Below, piece after piece: positions 59,702 to 64,000 of a stretch of DNA of 64,000 nucleotides. The notes beneath the pieces were generated by a model. The model saw only the letters and a program-made list of their open reading frames with translations, ran no database searches and was not told where the DNA came from. Source of the DNA: Mobula hypostoma (Eukaryota); the NCBI RefSeq assembly GCF_963921235.1, contig NC_086108.1:33048001-33112000 (forward strand), in the 5' to 3' direction. A program made the translations under genes and the position numbers. Position 1 is the stretch's first letter, and each line of letters starts with the position of its first letter.

Positions 59702-61325
59702 CAGTGGTATGCAAAAGTTTGGGCACCCCGGTCAAAATTTCTGTTATTGTGAATAGTTAAGTGAGTAGAAGATGAACTGATTTCCAAAAGTCATGAAGTT
59801 AAAGATGAAACATTCTTTTCAACATTTTAAGCAAGATTAGTGTATTATTTTTTGTTTTGTACAATTTTAGAGTGAAAAAAAAGAAAGGAGCACCATGCAA
59901 AAGTTTGGGCACCCCAAGAGATTTGAGCTCTCAGATAACTTTTACCAAGGTCTCAGACCTCAAATAGCTTGTTAGGGCTATGGCTTGTTCACTGTAATCG
60001 TTAGGAAAGGCCAGGTGATGCAAATTTCAAAGCTTTATAAATACCCTGACTCCTTAAACCTTGTCCCAACAATCAGCAGCCATGGGCTCCTCTAAACAGC
60101 TGCCTAGCACTCTGAAAATTAAAATAAATGATGCCCACAAAGCAGGAGAAGGCTATAAGAAGATAGTAAAGCATTTTCAGATAGCTGTTTTCTCAGTTCT
60201 TAATGTAATTAAGAAATGGCAGTTAATAGGAACAGTGGAGGTCAAGTTGAGGTCTGGAAAACCAAGAAAACTTTCTGAGAGAACTGCTCGTAGGATTGCC
60301 AGAAAGGCAAATCAAAACCCGCGTTTGATTGCAAAAGACCTTCAGGAAGATTTAGCAGATTCTGGAGTGGTGGTGCACTGTTCTGCTGTGCAGGGACACC
60401 TGCACAAATATGACCTTCATGGAAGAGTCATCAGAAGAAAACATTTCTTGCATCCTTACCACAAAATTCAGCATCAGAAGTTTGCAAAGGAACATTTAAA
60501 CAAGCCTGATGCATTTTGGAAACAAGTCCTGTGGACTGTTGGAAGTTAAATTAGAACTTTTTGGCTGCAATGAGCAAAGGTATATTTGGAGAAAAAAGGG
60601 TGCAGAATTTCATGAAAAGAACACCTCTCCAACTGTTAAGCACGACGGTGGATTGATCATGCTTTGGGCTTATGTTGCAGCTAGTGGCACGGGGAACATT
60701 TCACTGTTAGAGGGAAGAATGAATTCAATTAAATACCAGCAAATTCTGGAAGCAAGCATCACACTGTCTGTAAAAAAGCCAAAGATGAAAAGAGGATGGC
60801 TTCTACAACAGGATAATGATCCTAAACACACCTCAAAATCCACAATGGACTACCTCAAGAGGTGCAAGCTGAAGGTTTTGCCATGGCCCTCACAGTCCCT
60901 CGACCTAAACATCATCGAGAATCAGTGGATAGACCTCAAAAGAGCAGTATGTGCAAGACGGCCCAAGAATCTCACAGAACTGAAGCCTTTTGCAAGGAAG
61001 AATGGGTGAAAATCCCCCAAACGAGAATTGAAAGACTCTTAGCTGGCTACAGAAAGTGTTTACAAGCTGTGATACTTGCCAAAGGGGGGTGTTACTAAGT
61101 ACTGACCATGCAGGGTGCCCAAACTTCTGCTTCGGGCCCTTTTCCTTTTTTGTTATTTTGAAACTGTAAAAGATGGAAATAAAAAAGTAATCTTGCTTAA
61201 AATATTAAAGAAATGTGTCATCTTTAACTTTATGCCTTTTGGAAATCAGATTATTTTTTACTCACTTCGCTATTCACAGTAACAGAAATTTTGACCAGGG
61301 GTGCCCAAACTTCTGCATGCCACTG
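59702..61325 (+). mobile_element. Full-length IR/DR-type Tc1 DNA transposon (1624 bp) inserted in the ERV 5' LTR
   Basis: TA TSD; ~210-bp imperfect inverted repeats beginning CAGTGGTATGCAAAAGTTTGGGCACCCC with inner direct repeats (59894-59915, 61113-61130). Confidence 0.96.
60082..61105 (+). pseudogene. Tc1 DD34E transposase, frameshifted
   Basis: GEGYKKI, RSGKPRKLS, QQDNDPKH, WPSQSLDLNIIEN, AKGG motifs; frameshifts near 60540, 60980 and 61090. Confidence 0.92.
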
Positions 61326-62197
61326 TACACACAGTGGCAAGTACTGAACTAGAGTGAGCACATGGGCGTTCTGTGCTGCAGCATACCCCACATGGTCTAC
61401 CATTTCTTTGGCACCACCGTCTACCCGGCACCAAAAGGGAGACTGAATGATTACGGCATGAGCCGTGATGTCATCAGCTAAGCAGACGATAGTGGGAGGG
61501 GCTGCAATGCTCCTTGCATGGGCCAGTCCTCACCTCCCATGGGGGGACTGGCTTCGATGAGCAGGTGAGTTGAGACACTACTTCAACACATGCTAGGCAA
61601 TACGTGCTGTGTCTGCTCTGCCTATGAAGTTGAGCTCGCCCTCATTTGAAAAATGGCATGATTCACAACGTAACACTCCAGCTTAATCAAACCTCCAAAT
61701 TTCTGAAAGCCTACCCGGAATCCAATGATACTTCAAGGCACTTAGAATTGTTCAGATCGGTTTTGTTTAATAAATCATACCCTCAGGCTCCAGCAACAAA
61801 CCAATCAAACAAGAGTAAATTTGAAACATCATTCTTGACAGATTTTTATTTTAAATAAGAATCACTCCAGTTTTGCTCTTTAGTGATTTGCTTATGTCTG
61901 TGGTGGATTAGAATAATATTTTATATATAGAATGGGGACAGTGTATTGCAGAGTCATGACATAACGTTCTGAAAATATTGTTCATTGATTTGGAGGCAGC
62001 CTCAAAGACAAGAAAAGAAGGCGGGTGCTGGATTTTTCTACTACTTTGCAGTCAGAGATGGTGCAGCACTGATATTCCCTCAGGGGTGTCTCCAACTGAT
62101 TGCTCACTGATCCTTGCCAAAGAGTTGTAGGTTCATGTTATATGACTAAATCTGGCTCCTGTATTATATACAGATCTTGAACAGAATTTGCTTAATT

Positions 62198-63176
62198 CAG
62201 AGTCAGAATCAATATGAGGTTTAAGATCACTGGCATAATTTGTGAAATTTGTGGTTTTGCAGCAGCAGCACAGTTCAATACATAATATAAACTCTATAAG
62301 TTACAATAAGAAATATATACGTAAAAATTAAATTAAGTAAGTGATGCAAAAAGAAAGGAGATAAAAATATTGAGGTAGTGTACATGATTAGTCAGGGTGT
62401 GAAAGGTTATAGGGAGATGGCTTGATGAAATGGCGAAACAGTCTTAAAGGGCCAAATAGCCTAATTCTGCTCCTTTTATCTAATCGTTCATTGTCCATTC
62501 AGAAATCTGGTGGTGGAGGGATAGAAGCAGTTCCTAAAACGCCGTGTGTGTCCTCACACTTCTGTACCTCCTATCTGATGGTAGCAATGAGAAAAGGGCA
62601 TGTTCTGGGTGATGGGGGTCTTTAATGATGGACGCTGCCTTTTTGAAGAATCGGGTTGGAGATGTCCTCGATGTTGAGGAGGATGCCCTTGATGGAGCAG
62701 GCAGAAGTTGCAACTTTCTGCAGCTTTTTCCAAATCCTGCGCAGTGGCCCCCCCCCATACCAGAGTGATACAACCAGTTAGAATGCTCCCCACAGTATAT
62801 CTGTAGAAGATTGCTGGAGTGACTTGTAAGTGCATTGATATGTTGGGCCTAGGATAGATCTTCAGGGATGTTGACCCCCATGAACTTGAAACTGCTCGCC
62901 CTTTCCACTGTAGATTCTGCAATGAGGACTGGTGTGTGTTCCGTCGACTTCCCCTTCCAGAAGTCCACAATCAATTCCTTGGTCTTACTGACATTGAACG
63001 CAAGGTTGTTGTTGTAAAACCGTCTCTCTTCTGTACACTCCCTTATCACCATTTGAAATTGTGCCAACAATAGTTGAGTCTTGGCAAATTTATAGATGGT
63101 GTTTGAATTGTGCCGAGTCACACAATAGTGTGTGTAGAGAGAGTAGAGCAGTGGGCTAAATACGCTTCTTTGAGAT
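62198..63176 (-). mobile_element. Rex1/Babar-like LINE 3' fragment with a small CR1 tail inserted at ~62390-62480
   Basis: SPLLYSLYTH.C, KFA, NVSKTKELIVDF, FKFMGVNI, KAASIIKDPHHP peptides. Confidence 0.85.
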
Positions 63177-63488
63177 GCACACACAAAATACTAGAGGAAC
63201 TCAGCAGGCCAGGCAGCATCTATTGAAAAAAAGTACAAAGTTTTAGGCTGCAACCCTTTGGCAGGAGGTGTGCTGGGGTTGATTATCAGTGAGGAGAAGA
63301 AGTTATTACTGATTTGCGATGACTGTAATCTCCCAACTAAGAACTCAAGGATCCAGTTGCAGGAGGAGTTACAGAGGTCGAGTTTTTGGAGCTTGTTAAT
63401 TAGTACTGTGGATATGATGGTGTTAAATGTTGAGTTGTAATTAATAAATAGCAGCCTGGAATCAATCTGCAGTAGTGCTATTGTAGGT

Positions 63489-64000
63489 CAGGGATCCCCA
63501 ACCTTTTTTGCACCGCGGACCGGTTTAATATTGGCAATATTCTTGCGGACTGGCCGACCTGGGGGGTGTGGGGGTGTTGTGTTCAAGTAGGGTTAAACTC
63601 ACCTCAACATGTCTTTTACAGTTAGGGTTGCCAACTTTCTCACACCCAAATAAGGGACAAAAGTAGTAGTCGAATCCCTGGACACTTTACCCCCAGAAAG
63701 ACTACCATGACCATGAAGCGTTGCGCGGGTATCTGTGTGCGCATGCGTGGCGTGCGCATGGGAAGTACGCACGCGCGTACTTGCCGATTTCCCACAAAAA
63801 ATCGGTTTTGCCTTCATCTTCCTGACTATACTGTACATACATTGTTTCTACTTTATATAGGCTGTGTATTTATCATATCGTTCCTGCTTTTACTATATGT
63901 TAGTGTTATTTATTTTCGGCTTTATGTGCTATTTGGTATGATTTGTTAGGTTATTTTTTGGGTCTGCGAACGCTCAAAAATTTTTCCCATATAAATGAAA
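63489..64000. mobile_element. hAT-Charlie-like MITE, running off the window end
   Basis: TIR-like CAGGGATCCCCAACCTTTTTT; CpG-rich interior; partner TIR not in the window. Confidence 0.6.

Larger units (their letters stand above)
51440..61588 (-). mobile_element. Decayed endogenous retrovirus (two LTRs, gag stub, env 3' half, no recognisable retroviral pol) filled with nested elements
   Basis: 3' LTR 51440-52856 and 5' LTR 59449-61588 align once nested inserts are removed; perfect 5-bp TSD CATGC (51435-51439 / 61589-61593); PBS at 59429-59446; PPT AAGGGGCTGGA abutting the 3' LTR; env ISD motif. Confidence 0.9.

Noticed and set aside
1..64000. Uni-strand piRNA-cluster-like orientation bias
   Set aside because: Many retroelements are on the minus strand, but the RTE, solo LTRs, two Rex1 fragments, Gypsy, hATs and Tc1 are on plus; the bias is not convincing.

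Overview
Eukaryotic (vertebrate) DNA made up almost entirely of nested transposable elements; the repeat repertoire suggests a cartilaginous fish, probably a ray (inference only). I found no recognisable host exon, rRNA, genuine tRNA gene or CRISPR array. Main contents: CR1, Rex1/Babar-like, RTE and L2-like LINE fragments; a full-length L1 with an open 1263-aa ORF2 inserted inside a full-length decayed RTE; two full-length Gmr1-type Ty3/gypsy elements (integrase upstream of RT, SCAN-like gag) and three related solo LTRs; two hAT transposons, one holding a solo LTR with a 19-unit minisatellite and a SINE; an IR/DR Tc1; tRNA-derived SINEs; a U2 snRNA 5' fragment; Penelope-type termini with decayed hammerhead motifs. 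The most unusual structure is a 10.1-kb decayed endogenous retrovirus (51440-61588, minus strand, 5-bp TSD, tRNA-Ser-like PBS, gamma-type env). Its env 3' half plus an inserted Gypsy LTR/gag leader is present as a ~1.3-kb inverted duplication whose arms are a mosaic of near-identical and diverged tracts, suggesting arm-to-arm gene conversion and a potential long dsRNA hairpin. All identities were judged by eye; no alignments or database searches were run.
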